Source: Acidobacteriota bacterium
GTDB lineage: Bacteria > Acidobacteriota > UBA6911 > RPQK01 > JAJDTT01
DNA: 64,000 nt
NCBI GenBank assembly: GCA_965209055.1
Contig: OZ242374.1
Span: 4,576,001 to 4,640,000 of the forward strand
Direction: 5' to 3'
A program made the translations under genes and the position numbers. The stretch's first letter is position 1. Every line of letters starts with the position of its first letter. This document shows positions 37,909 through 46,239 of this stretch, in pieces. Below the pieces are notes generated by a model. That model made no database searches, had not been told where the DNA came from, and saw only the letters and a program-made list of their open reading frames with translations.

Positions 37909-40900
37909 CTAGAACATCCACTTGACGCTGAACATGACGCGCCGCGGCCAAGTGACGTCCGACCCCACCCGTCCGAAGCTTCCGCTGGTCGGACTGGTGT
38001 TAGCCGCGCCGAAGCTGGCATGGTTCAGGGCATTCAACAACTGGGCCTGAAAACGAATCTTGTGATCGTCGTTTATGAACGTGTCCTTGATGATACTGAC
38101 ATCCCAGAAATCGACAATGTCCGAACGCAACTGCGCGAACCGGCGGGGGAAGGTCCGCTTGTGGGTGCCTTCGGGAGCTGCAGCGACATCTCTGACAAAA
38201 CCGGCGTTGGTGTTGAACCACCTCTCCACCGTGCCACCGCCGCTGAGGCGGTCGGGACTGAAGCTGTCGGTGGTGAAGACGTCGCTACCGAAGGTCAGCG
38301 GGAACCCGCTCTGGAGCTGCCACACCGCCGAGACCTGCCATCCTCCAAACCGGCTGTTCCTCCCGAAGGGCAACTGGTAGATGCCACTCAACTTGAAGTT
38401 GTGGGGCCGATCCGCTCGGGCCACCATCTCGAAGGGAACCGCGTCGCTGGCATTCAGGAGCTCGATGGCCTCCCAGAACCGGGACCACGTATACCCCAGA
38501 GAATAGCTGAAACCGCCGGACAGTCGTCGTTCCAGGCGGCTCTCGAAGGAGTGATACCAGGAATACCCCTGATTGGTCTGATTCAGAACTACGCCCGTGA
38601 AGTGCGGATAGGGCCGGAGCAACTGGCTTCGAGAGACGGTATTGGTGTTGAGCCCCGTCCCCGGCAGCAGACCAGCGAAGGGATTCGGCACCGCTGCGTT
38701 CAGATAGGCGTGATTCTCATTGTTCCGCTGGTTGGCCGAACTCAGGTAACGTTCGGGCAGAGCGTTCAAGTTCCGACTTCCTCTTTCCGCGAGGCGAACT
38801 CCGCGGGTTCCCACGTACCCCAACTCGAGAAGGGTGCTGCCCAGCATATGCTGCAGTGTGAGCGACCAACGCTGGTTGTAGGGCACTTTCAGGTTGTCCT
38901 GGTTGAAGAAAGTCACGCTCTGACCCAGGTTCGTCGCCAGTCCCCTGGCATTCCCGATTGGCAGGAGAATTCCACCCGGAAACGGGTTGGCAAAATCAGC
39001 GCGGAAGGTGAGCCCGTTGTCCAACGTCGGCACCAGATCCGTACTTTGACTGTACCCGGTCAGAATGGGGGAAACGCTGTTGCCCAGGATCCCGATGGGC
39101 TGGTGGAAAATGCCGTAACCACCCCGGAGGACCGTGTCTTCGCCCATTCGATAGGCGAAACCAAAACGGGGAGCAAAGATATTTGAGGGGACGTCGTAGA
39201 GGCGACGTGGAGTGTCCCCAACGCCCGCGTAGGTGATTCCGCCGTTCACGGCGAATTCACTGGCTGCGATTTCAGGAATGGGGTTCATGCCGTAGGCGGC
39301 TTGAGCAGCGGCCGCAATCGGACTCGCGGTGCCGAATGCGAAACCGGCCACGCTCCGGTCGAACCGCTCGGTGAGCGAACCGAAGTACTCCCAGCGGACG
39401 CCGAAGTTGAAGGTCAACTCCGGAGTCGCCTTCCAGTTGTCCTGGATGAACCAGGCGTAATAGTTGTGATGGGCGGCGTAGTTGTCGTTCCGGTTGATGA
39501 AGCCCGTGGAGGGCTGCCCCAAAAGGTAGGCGGCAAATCCCTGGCCCTGGGCGCTGGGCGAGGTGTTCAGAGGACCGTTGGTGAAGGTGGACCGGAACCG
39601 GTAAACCGGGTTCGACCAGCGTTGATCGTTCCGATTCAGGTAATTGGCCCGCGCTTCCACACCCAGCTTGACGTTGTGATTGCCCTCGTGGATGTCGGTG
39701 GACGCCTCGCCGAAGACATAGGTGGAGAAATCGAAGTTGTTCCGGGTCTCGTCATGGATCCCGCTGAAGCCTTCGATCTGGATGTGGGGCAGAGCCGACT
39801 GGTCCGGATCGAGCTGGGCCTTGAGCGAATCGGCCAAGGGCAGCGAGAAGATGTCAAACGGCACGCCCCGCGGATGCAGGCCGTGGCTCTTGTGCACTCT
39901 GGGGTCGGAGCCTCGGTTGTAGCCGCCGCGGAAATTCATGATGACGTTGGGATTCACGGTCCAGACGTCGTCCAGGCCGAAGGTCTCACGAATGATGGAT
40001 TCGTGGAAACCGGTGGCGCCGTTGCCGTAGTAGTCCCTCCACTCGCCCGACCAGTTGTCCAGCTTGGTGTAGCTGCCGAAAATCCGGTTGGCTGGTCCGA
40101 AGCTGTGGTCGACCCGCAGGGTCCACTGGTCCCACTGGGTGGGCGAGGCCGTGCTGGGCTCGAAGTTGCTGCTGAAGTCGCTGCCGCCCGCAAGATTGGG
40201 TTCGGGGTAGTAGGACATGAGCTGCGAGGCAATGGGGTGGATCCGGCCGGACGGGATTTGGTTGTTGGGAAAGGGCATCCGGGAGAAGAACCCGTCGCCG
40301 GTGGCCTGGATGGTCGCCGGATCGTAGATCTGGTACTCGGGTCCCAAGGCCAGGAGAGCCGAGAAGTCACCCGCTCTCATGGCCGCGGTCGGAACCGTCC
40401 GGGCGCCGTAGAACTCCAGGGTCCGCTGGAAGGTGCGCTCCCAACTGAAGGCGAAGTGGGTCTGGTCCTGGAAGATGGGACCGTTGACCGCGCCTCCGGT
40501 GCGCCGGTACGCGGTATCGGCCTTGGGAGAACCGGCCCGGTTCTGGAACCAGGCGTTGGCGCCCCACTCGCTCTCGCGGAAGAACCCGTAGACCGAGCCA
40601 TGCCAGTCGTTGGTGCCCGACTTCAGGGTCACGTCCATGGTGGTGCCGTTGTGGTGTCCCCGGGCGGCCGTGTAGTCGTGGGCGATCCGGATTTCCTTGA
40701 CCGCCTCGGCCGACGGTGCCGTCTGGGCCTGCTGGGCGCCACCGAAAATGGTCCCCACGTTGTTGATACCGTTCAGGGTGAAGCCGACGGCGTTGCCCTG
40801 GCTCCCGTGGAAGTAGAAGCCGGTGGTGATGGACCACCCGGGCTCGTCCCACTTCCATCCTCCGCCCGGAGGGCTGGAGGCACCGGGGGCCATGACCAGC

Positions 40901-41364
40901 AGGTGGCTCGGATTGCCCTGGGCCATGGGCAGAGTCTCGATCTGCTCGGCCTCGATCAGGTTGCTGAGGGTGGCGTTGGTCGACTGGAGCAGCGGCGCCT
41001 GAGCCTGGACCGTCACCTGCTCGGTGACCTCACCCACAACCATCGTGAAATCCAATGTCGGGTCGTCACCGGTGCTCAGTTCCACCGGCTGGATCTGGGT
41101 CTGAAATCCGGGAAGCGACGCGGTCACTTCGTACGGACCGGGCACCAGGAAATCAACCCGGTAGAGACCCGTGTCATTGGTGACCGTGGGATAGTCGAGA
41201 CCGGTGGCCGTGTTCTTAGCGGTCACGTTGACGCCGGGAATCACGCCCCCCGTGTTGTCCATCACGCGGCCATTGAGGCTCGCGTATGCTCCCTGGCCCC
41301 AGAGCGGCGCGGCAGCCAATGGCGCCAGGAGCATGACAACCAAGAGGATTTTCCACTTTCGCAT
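37909..41364 (-). CDS. TonB-dependent receptor, Oar-like, with an N-terminal carboxypeptidase-regulatory-like domain
   Basis: AGGAGG RBS, signal peptide, GRVMDNTGGVIPGVNVT, KSGTNDWHGS, IQDNWKATPELTFNFGVRWE, APRFGFAY, RGGYGIF, C-terminal PRRVMFSVKWMF. Confidence 0.93.
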   Translation of the reverse strand: MRKWKILLVVMLLAPLAAAPLWGQGAYASLNGRVMDNTGGVIPGVNVTAKNTATGLDYPTVTNDTGLYRVDFLVPGPYEVTASLPGFQTQIQPVELSTGDDPTLDFTMVVGEVTEQVTVQAQAPLLQSTNATLSNLIEAEQIETLPMAQGNPSHLLVMAPGASSPPGGGWKWDEPGWSITTGFYFHGSQGNAVGFTLNGINNVGTIFGGAQQAQTAPSAEAVKEIRIAHDYTAARGHHNGTTMDVTLKSGTNDWHGSVYGFFRESEWGANAWFQNRAGSPKADTAYRRTGGAVNGPIFQDQTHFAFSWERTFQRTLEFYGARTVPTAAMRAGDFSALLALGPEYQIYDPATIQATGDGFFSRMPFPNNQIPSGRIHPIASQLMSYYPEPNLAGGSDFSSNFEPSTASPTQWDQWTLRVDHSFGPANRIFGSYTKLDNWSGEWRDYYGNGATGFHESIIRETFGLDDVWTVNPNVIMNFRGGYNRGSDPRVHKSHGLHPRGVPFDIFSLPLADSLKAQLDPDQSALPHIQIEGFSGIHDETRNNFDFSTYVFGEASTDIHEGNHNVKLGVEARANYLNRNDQRWSNPVYRFRSTFTNGPLNTSPSAQGQGFAAYLLGQPSTGFINRNDNYAAHHNYYAWFIQDNWKATPELTFNFGVRWEYFGSLTERFDRSVAGFAFGTASPIAAAAQAAYGMNPIPEIAASEFAVNGGITYAGVGDTPRRLYDVPSNIFAPRFGFAYRMGEDTVLRGGYGIFHQPIGILGNSVSPILTGYSQSTDLVPTLDNGLTFRADFANPFPGGILLPIGNARGLATNLGQSVTFFNQDNLKVPYNQRWSLTLQHMLGSTLLELGYVGTRGVRLAERGSRNLNALPERYLSSANQRNNENHAYLNAAVPNPFAGLLPGTGLNTNTVSRSQLLRPYPHFTGVVLNQTNQGYSWYHSFESRLERRLSGGFSYSLGYTWSRFWEAIELLNASDAVPFEMVARADRPHNFKLSGIYQLPFGRNSRFGGWQVSAVWQLQSGFPLTFGSDVFTTDSFSPDRLSGGGTVERWFNTNAGFVRDVAAAPEGTHKRTFPRRFAQLRSDIVDFWDVSIIKDTFINDDHKIRFQAQLLNALNHASFGAANTSPTSGSFGRVGSDVTWPRRVMFSVKWMF

Positions 41365-41439
41365 TACTCAAAACCTCCTAATGCAGAAACAAACTTCGAG
41401 CACTTGGGATGCACGTCTGCGAAGAACTACCAGCCGCGC

Positions 41440-41468
41440 ATTTTAGGGCATTCCGAACGTCGATTCAA
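41440..41468 (-). promoter_or_regulatory. Putative sigma70 promoter of the TonB-dependent receptor gene
   Basis: TTGAAT-N17-TAAAAT on the minus strand, about 75 nt upstream of the ATG. Confidence 0.55.
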
Positions 41469-41686
41469 ATCCCGATGAAAAATAATTGCGCGACTGGTTC
41501 GAACCTATTTCCGGACAAACAGGATTGGGACCCGAACTCTGGCCTGTCGAACAGGTGAAGTCTACAATGTCCCCCCGACGGGAGCGCCGGGAGGGGAACG
41601 GGGGGTTCCGACCGCCCGATTCCAATGGTCGCGCCAGTAGAACGCCTGATTTTTCCAGGGTTAGGAATATCGATTTGAAGACAGAA

Positions 41687-42853
41687 ATGCTGCACACGCC
41701 TCCAAGAGTTCTCAGGAATGCTCATACCGCTTGGACCCTGACCGGTCTGCTCTTCGTGCTGTTTTCACCACCGGGGTTACGGGCCCAGGAGGCCCCGGAA
41801 CAAGTTCCCGACCTCGCTGGTAGGGTCCTGACGGTCAACGGCCCGGTAGACCCGGATTCTCTGGGCGCCACCATGGTGCACGAACACATCTTCATCAACC
41901 GGAACCATCCCAACCGGCCGGTGCCGACCACAGCCACGCGGGTCCGTTTCTATCTCAAGCCCTTGACCATGGACATGCTGGGAGCGGTGACCATGGGTTA
42001 TCCGAATCGGGACAACCTGATCCTGGGGGATGAAACAACTGCCCTTCAGGAGCTGGCGGACTATCGGAAACGGGGCGGTGGGACCCTGGTGGACGTGACC
42101 AGCATCGGCCTGGGACGGGACCCCGCGGCGTTGCGGCGTGTTTCCCGAGCCACCGGGGTGCATGTGGTCATGGGCACGGGTTGGGACACCCGCGCCTTGG
42201 ATTCCCGCGACCTGGAGGATCGCTCTCTGAGCGAGTTGACCAGGGAAATCGTGCGTGACGTGACCGTGGGCGTCGGAAACAGCGGCATCCGGTCCGGAAT
42301 CATCGGCGAAGTGGCCACCGGCGGAGACTCTCTTACTCCCGTGGCGACCAAAGTGATCCGAGCCGCGGCCCGCGCCAGCCGCATCACCGGAGCCCCGGTC
42401 TCGCTGCACAGCGGCGGGAGCGGGAGCGAAAGCACGCATGCGATGCTGGACCTGCTGGCGGCGGAAGGGGCCGAGCTGGGGCGGGTCATCCTGGGACACT
42501 GCGACAACCTGGTTCGGGATCTGCCCTCCCTACTGGGTCTACTGAAGCGGGGGGTCTACGTGGAGTTCGACGGGATATCGGAATTCCACATGCTGCGGCA
42601 GGCGGCGACGGCGGCCCACGTTGGGGACGGTATCGTAAAACTGATCCAGCGCGGATACCTGGAGCGGATCCTCCTCTCCCAAAACGTGGACCAGAAGATC
42701 GACCTCAAGGCCTACGGAGGGATGGGCTACACCTTCGTCCTGGAAAAGTTTGTTCCCCACCTCAGGAACAAGGGCGTCGCTGAGGAGCAGATCCGGACCC
42801 TGATCTACGAGAATCCGCAGCGGATCCTGACCTTCGTTGCGCGCCGCCAGTAG
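41687..42853 (+). CDS. Phosphotriesterase-related (PTE/PHP) amidohydrolase, secreted
   Basis: Signal peptide ending LRAQ, VLTVNGP, HEH, TLVDVTSIGLGRDP, IIGEV, SLH, LGHCD, ENPQRIL. Confidence 0.87.
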   Translation: MLHTPPRVLRNAHTAWTLTGLLFVLFSPPGLRAQEAPEQVPDLAGRVLTVNGPVDPDSLGATMVHEHIFINRNHPNRPVPTTATRVRFYLKPLTMDMLGAVTMGYPNRDNLILGDETTALQELADYRKRGGGTLVDVTSIGLGRDPAALRRVSRATGVHVVMGTGWDTRALDSRDLEDRSLSELTREIVRDVTVGVGNSGIRSGIIGEVATGGDSLTPVATKVIRAAARASRITGAPVSLHSGGSGSESTHAMLDLLAAEGAELGRVILGHCDNLVRDLPSLLGLLKRGVYVEFDGISEFHMLRQAATAAHVGDGIVKLIQRGYLERILLSQNVDQKIDLKAYGGMGYTFVLEKFVPHLRNKGVAEEQIRTLIYENPQRILTFVARRQ

Positions 42854-42930
42854 GGACGGCCCTTTTGGCCTCCCTCTTTGCCTTCGTTATGCGGCAGGTG
42901 CGGTTTATTGTCTCGTCTGAGAGCGAAGAT

Positions 42931-42983
42931 TCGGCGGTTGGAAACCGCCGCTCCGCTTCGGCGGCAAGAAAGCCGCCGCCTAT
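42931..42983 (-). repeat. Tandem pair of REP-like palindromes between convergent genes
   Basis: TCGGCGGTTGGAAACCGCCGCTCC and TCGGCGGCAAGAAAGCCGCCGCCTAT. The ATAG foot supplies the TAG stop of 42980-44515. Confidence 0.78.
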
Positions 42984-44515
42984 TCCACCTTGATGGAATA
43001 GAGCTTCGTGTTGCCCAGTACGAACTTCAGGCGGACCGGGCGGTCGCCGACGCCCGACAGGTCGCGGCCCCCTTCCCAGGTGACCTTCTGGTAGAGGTCT
43101 CCGTGGTGCACGGGCGTGCAATTGGAGGCCTCATATCCAGGCAGCGCATTCCCTCCCGTGTCCTGGACCTCGACCCGCACGTAGCCCCGAGCCGATGGAT
43201 TCTTGCTGTAGAGCTTGCTGTAGAGTTCCTTGCCGCTGTCCCGCTGGAAGTTCGGCCGCATCTCGGTCATGGAGGACATGTTCACCGACAACGTGTTTCC
43301 CCCGAGCTTCAGCGGTGGAGTCAGGATCGAACCCTCGCTGGTGGCGTCGAAGGAGACGAACCCGTCCTGGCGCAATGTCCCCAGCCCGATCTGGCCGTTG
43401 TGGTCCCGGGAGGGAGCATTGTGCAGATTGGTGAAGCCGGAGTAGTAGATCCAGACCTTGCCGTCCTTCACGAAGGGACTGCTGGACGGGTAGACCATGC
43501 CGCTGTCGAAGGTGTCGTTGCGGTAGTTTCCGTCCGGCGCCAGCTTCATGAAGCGCCGGCGGCCCACGGAGCGCTCCCATTTGAGCCCGTCCCGGCTGGA
43601 GACCAGTTGGGAGTCCATGAACTGGGTGTAGGTGTGGTAGATCCAGAGCACCCCCAGGTACTGGCCGGCGTAGGGAAAGGCCGACAGACCGTAGAACTCG
43701 GTGTCGGGGGGATCATGGGGGTCCGGGTCCAGGACCTGCTGGGAATCCCTCCAATGGATGAAATCGTCGCTCACCAGGCGGGAGACCTTGCGGATCGGGC
43801 GGCTGATGGTCTTGTGGTAGAGCAGGTATTGGCCGCTGTCCGGATCCTGGGTGATCGAAAAGGTGTCGCCGGTCGCCCAGCAGGGCACCACCGGATTCTC
43901 CGGGTACTCGGTCCACTCCTTCCCATCGGGCGAGAAGGCCACCGAGATGCCGCATCGATCCATGTCATGGGTCTGCCAAAACAGCAGTTTGTAGCGCCGT
44001 TTCGGATCCGGATCCGAAGAGTCCTTCAGGAGAGCGTGGGTCCACCCCGACCACTTGAGGAAGATGTTGTTTTTCTTGGATCCCCTGAACTCCACCAGCC
44101 CAAGATCCGGTTTTTCCCAGACGAGGCCGTCCCGGGAGGTGGCGTAGCAGAGGTAGTCTTCGACGTAGGGCCGTTTGTGGGTGCCGATGGTGTTGTACCA
44201 CATCTTGAAGAGCTGCTCTTCTTCATCCCAGATCACGGTTCCGGGCTGGAGCACCAGGTAGCCCTCCCAGGGCCGGTCCGGCTTCACCACCGGGTTCTCC
44301 CGGTGCTTGGTCGGGCGATTCAGGGAGCGCCAGACCCTGTCCGTCTCCGCCACCAGGCGGTCGTCCACGAAGAGGTGGGTGCCCGGTCCCACCTCGATGG
44401 GAGCCGGCCCCTCTTCAGCAGGTTCGGAAGTACAGGAAAGAGCGCCGAAAAGGCAGGCGACCACTAGGACCGTTGCGATTCTCCCCAGATTCAGGCTCCC
44501 GTGTTCACGATGCAT
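42980..44515 (-). CDS. GH-like beta-propeller protein (family A), probable lipoprotein
   Basis: ALSC lipobox-like motif, HLFVDD, DRPWEG, YATSRDGLVWEKP, EFYGL, SSRDGLKWER, LRQDGFVS, PVRLKF..LYSI. Confidence 0.78.
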   Translation of the reverse strand: MHREHGSLNLGRIATVLVVACLFGALSCTSEPAEEGPAPIEVGPGTHLFVDDRLVAETDRVWRSLNRPTKHRENPVVKPDRPWEGYLVLQPGTVIWDEEEQLFKMWYNTIGTHKRPYVEDYLCYATSRDGLVWEKPDLGLVEFRGSKKNNIFLKWSGWTHALLKDSSDPDPKRRYKLLFWQTHDMDRCGISVAFSPDGKEWTEYPENPVVPCWATGDTFSITQDPDSGQYLLYHKTISRPIRKVSRLVSDDFIHWRDSQQVLDPDPHDPPDTEFYGLSAFPYAGQYLGVLWIYHTYTQFMDSQLVSSRDGLKWERSVGRRRFMKLAPDGNYRNDTFDSGMVYPSSSPFVKDGKVWIYYSGFTNLHNAPSRDHNGQIGLGTLRQDGFVSFDATSEGSILTPPLKLGGNTLSVNMSSMTEMRPNFQRDSGKELYSKLYSKNPSARGYVRVEVQDTGGNALPGYEASNCTPVHHGDLYQKVTWEGGRDLSGVGDRPVRLKFVLGNTKLYSIKVE

Positions 44516-44553
44516 CCCCTCTCGAATTGAAAATCAGTGTCACGGGCACAGGG

Positions 44554-46188
44554 TTAGACAGGCTCCCGTGCGAATTGGAAGGAAAAGAGCTTGGCCCGGT
44601 GGACCTGGAACCGGACCCGGACCGGCTTGCCCTCCAGAGCGCCAACATCGGCGCTCCCACGCCAGCTCACGGTGTGGCTGATGCTGTCTCCGCCGAAGAC
44701 CCGGCAATCGTCCAGGCCATATCCGGGCAGGGCCTGGCTGGTCTCCCCATCCAGCAATGCCACCTTGACCGTGCCGTAGCCATCGCCGGCGTACCGGTCC
44801 CGGCCGGTGGCGTTGATGCGGAGGCGGTTGCCCTCGAAGACCAGGGGCCGCGTGGTCAGCGAGCCCGCGCCGGTGATGCTGACGAACCCGTCCAGACGAA
44901 GGATGGCCAGGCCGATCTGGCCTCGCTGCTGCTCGCCCCGGTGGTTGAAGACGTGCCGGCCGCCGAAACCCTCGTAGTAGATCCAGATCTCCCCCAGGTC
45001 CTCTCGAACGATGGGCGCCTGGACGGTGTAGCAAAGATGCTCGTCCCAGCTGCCCTCGGGACCGTTGGGCAGAAACACCCTACGGTCCCCGACCCGCTCG
45101 AAGCGGCGGGCGTCCCGGCTCCACAGCAGTTGAACGTCGATCCGGTCCACCCATGGGCTCCGGGCTTTGCCCAAATCGGTCCCGGCGGGAATTTGGCCCA
45201 TCAGACTATGGTAGACCGAGGTGAAACCGACCAGCCCGCCACCATAAGGGAGCACCTCCAAGGTGTAGAAATCCCGGTCCCCGATGCGGTCGGCGGCGTC
45301 AGCATGAAAACAGAAGTACCGCTCTTCCGGCTCCTGCTTGTCGCTGGGACCGTCCCAGTCCAGGAAGTCCCGGCTGGCCGCCCAGGCCGCCGTCCGCACC
45401 CGCGCACCCTCAGGATAGACGGGTTCCGGCTGAAACCAACGATCCAGTCTCGGGTAGGTCCTATGGTAGACCAGGTATTCGTTGGTCCCCGGATTCCAGA
45501 TCGCGTTGTTGTTGGTATCGCTGTAGAAGGGAATGATGGGCCGGGAGACGGGATAGCGATGGAAGCGGATGCCATCGGCGGAATAACCGGGATAGAGCCC
45601 CCCCGCCCCGTCCTGTTTGCCTTGGAACACGATCTTGTACCGTTCCTGGGGCCTTCGGGCCGCCGGGTCCCGGAAAACGCCGAGGTTGCCGGGAGATGCG
45701 TCTCCCAGGAAGGGCAGTCGGATGAAATTGGTGTCGTACCCCAAGTAACGAACTTGGCCCAGCGGCGGTTTCCGCCAGTGGAGACCGTCCTCCGACTCGG
45801 CGTAGAAGATGAACTTCCGAACCGAACTTCCCAGGGGAGGCCACGGAATCATCCAGCCGTAGAACCGATAGAGCTTGCGTTCCGGGTCGTAGAGGACGGC
45901 TCCGGCGTCGCCCCCGTGGGACAGTCCTCCTTTTTGCTCCCAGTCCGTTCCCAACGGAATCACCGGATTGTCTCGGTACCGAACCGGCTGGTTCAGGAGC
46001 CGGAAGACTCGGGGCTCCATGGTCTCGACGACATGGTCGTCCAGGAAGAGCTGTCTCTCCTGACCGATCTCCAGGGGTGTTCTCGACGGCTCGGCGTGGA
46101 CGGCGCCTCGGACCGGCGTCGGCAGCGCCGAGGCAGCCGCACCCCCGGATCCCAACAGTCTCAAGAAACTCCTGCGCTCCATATCCAC
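44554..46188 (-). CDS. GH-like beta-propeller protein (family A), Tat-exported
   Basis: ERRSFLRLLG signal, QLFLDD, YAESEDGLHWRKP, DFY, QLLWSRD, GSWD, LRLDGFVS, PVRVRF..LFSF. Confidence 0.78.
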   Translation of the reverse strand: MDMERRSFLRLLGSGGAAASALPTPVRGAVHAEPSRTPLEIGQERQLFLDDHVVETMEPRVFRLLNQPVRYRDNPVIPLGTDWEQKGGLSHGGDAGAVLYDPERKLYRFYGWMIPWPPLGSSVRKFIFYAESEDGLHWRKPPLGQVRYLGYDTNFIRLPFLGDASPGNLGVFRDPAARRPQERYKIVFQGKQDGAGGLYPGYSADGIRFHRYPVSRPIIPFYSDTNNNAIWNPGTNEYLVYHRTYPRLDRWFQPEPVYPEGARVRTAAWAASRDFLDWDGPSDKQEPEERYFCFHADAADRIGDRDFYTLEVLPYGGGLVGFTSVYHSLMGQIPAGTDLGKARSPWVDRIDVQLLWSRDARRFERVGDRRVFLPNGPEGSWDEHLCYTVQAPIVREDLGEIWIYYEGFGGRHVFNHRGEQQRGQIGLAILRLDGFVSITGAGSLTTRPLVFEGNRLRINATGRDRYAGDGYGTVKVALLDGETSQALPGYGLDDCRVFGGDSISHTVSWRGSADVGALEGKPVRVRFQVHRAKLFSFQFAREPV

Positions 46189-46239
46189 TTCCCCCGTAAC
46201 TGGGGCTCCTAAGGGCGATAGACAGAATACGAGTTGCGC

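Noticed and set aside
41490-41510. GGTTCGAA T-loop-like motif
   Set aside because: No cloverleaf or acceptor stem around it, so not a tRNA.
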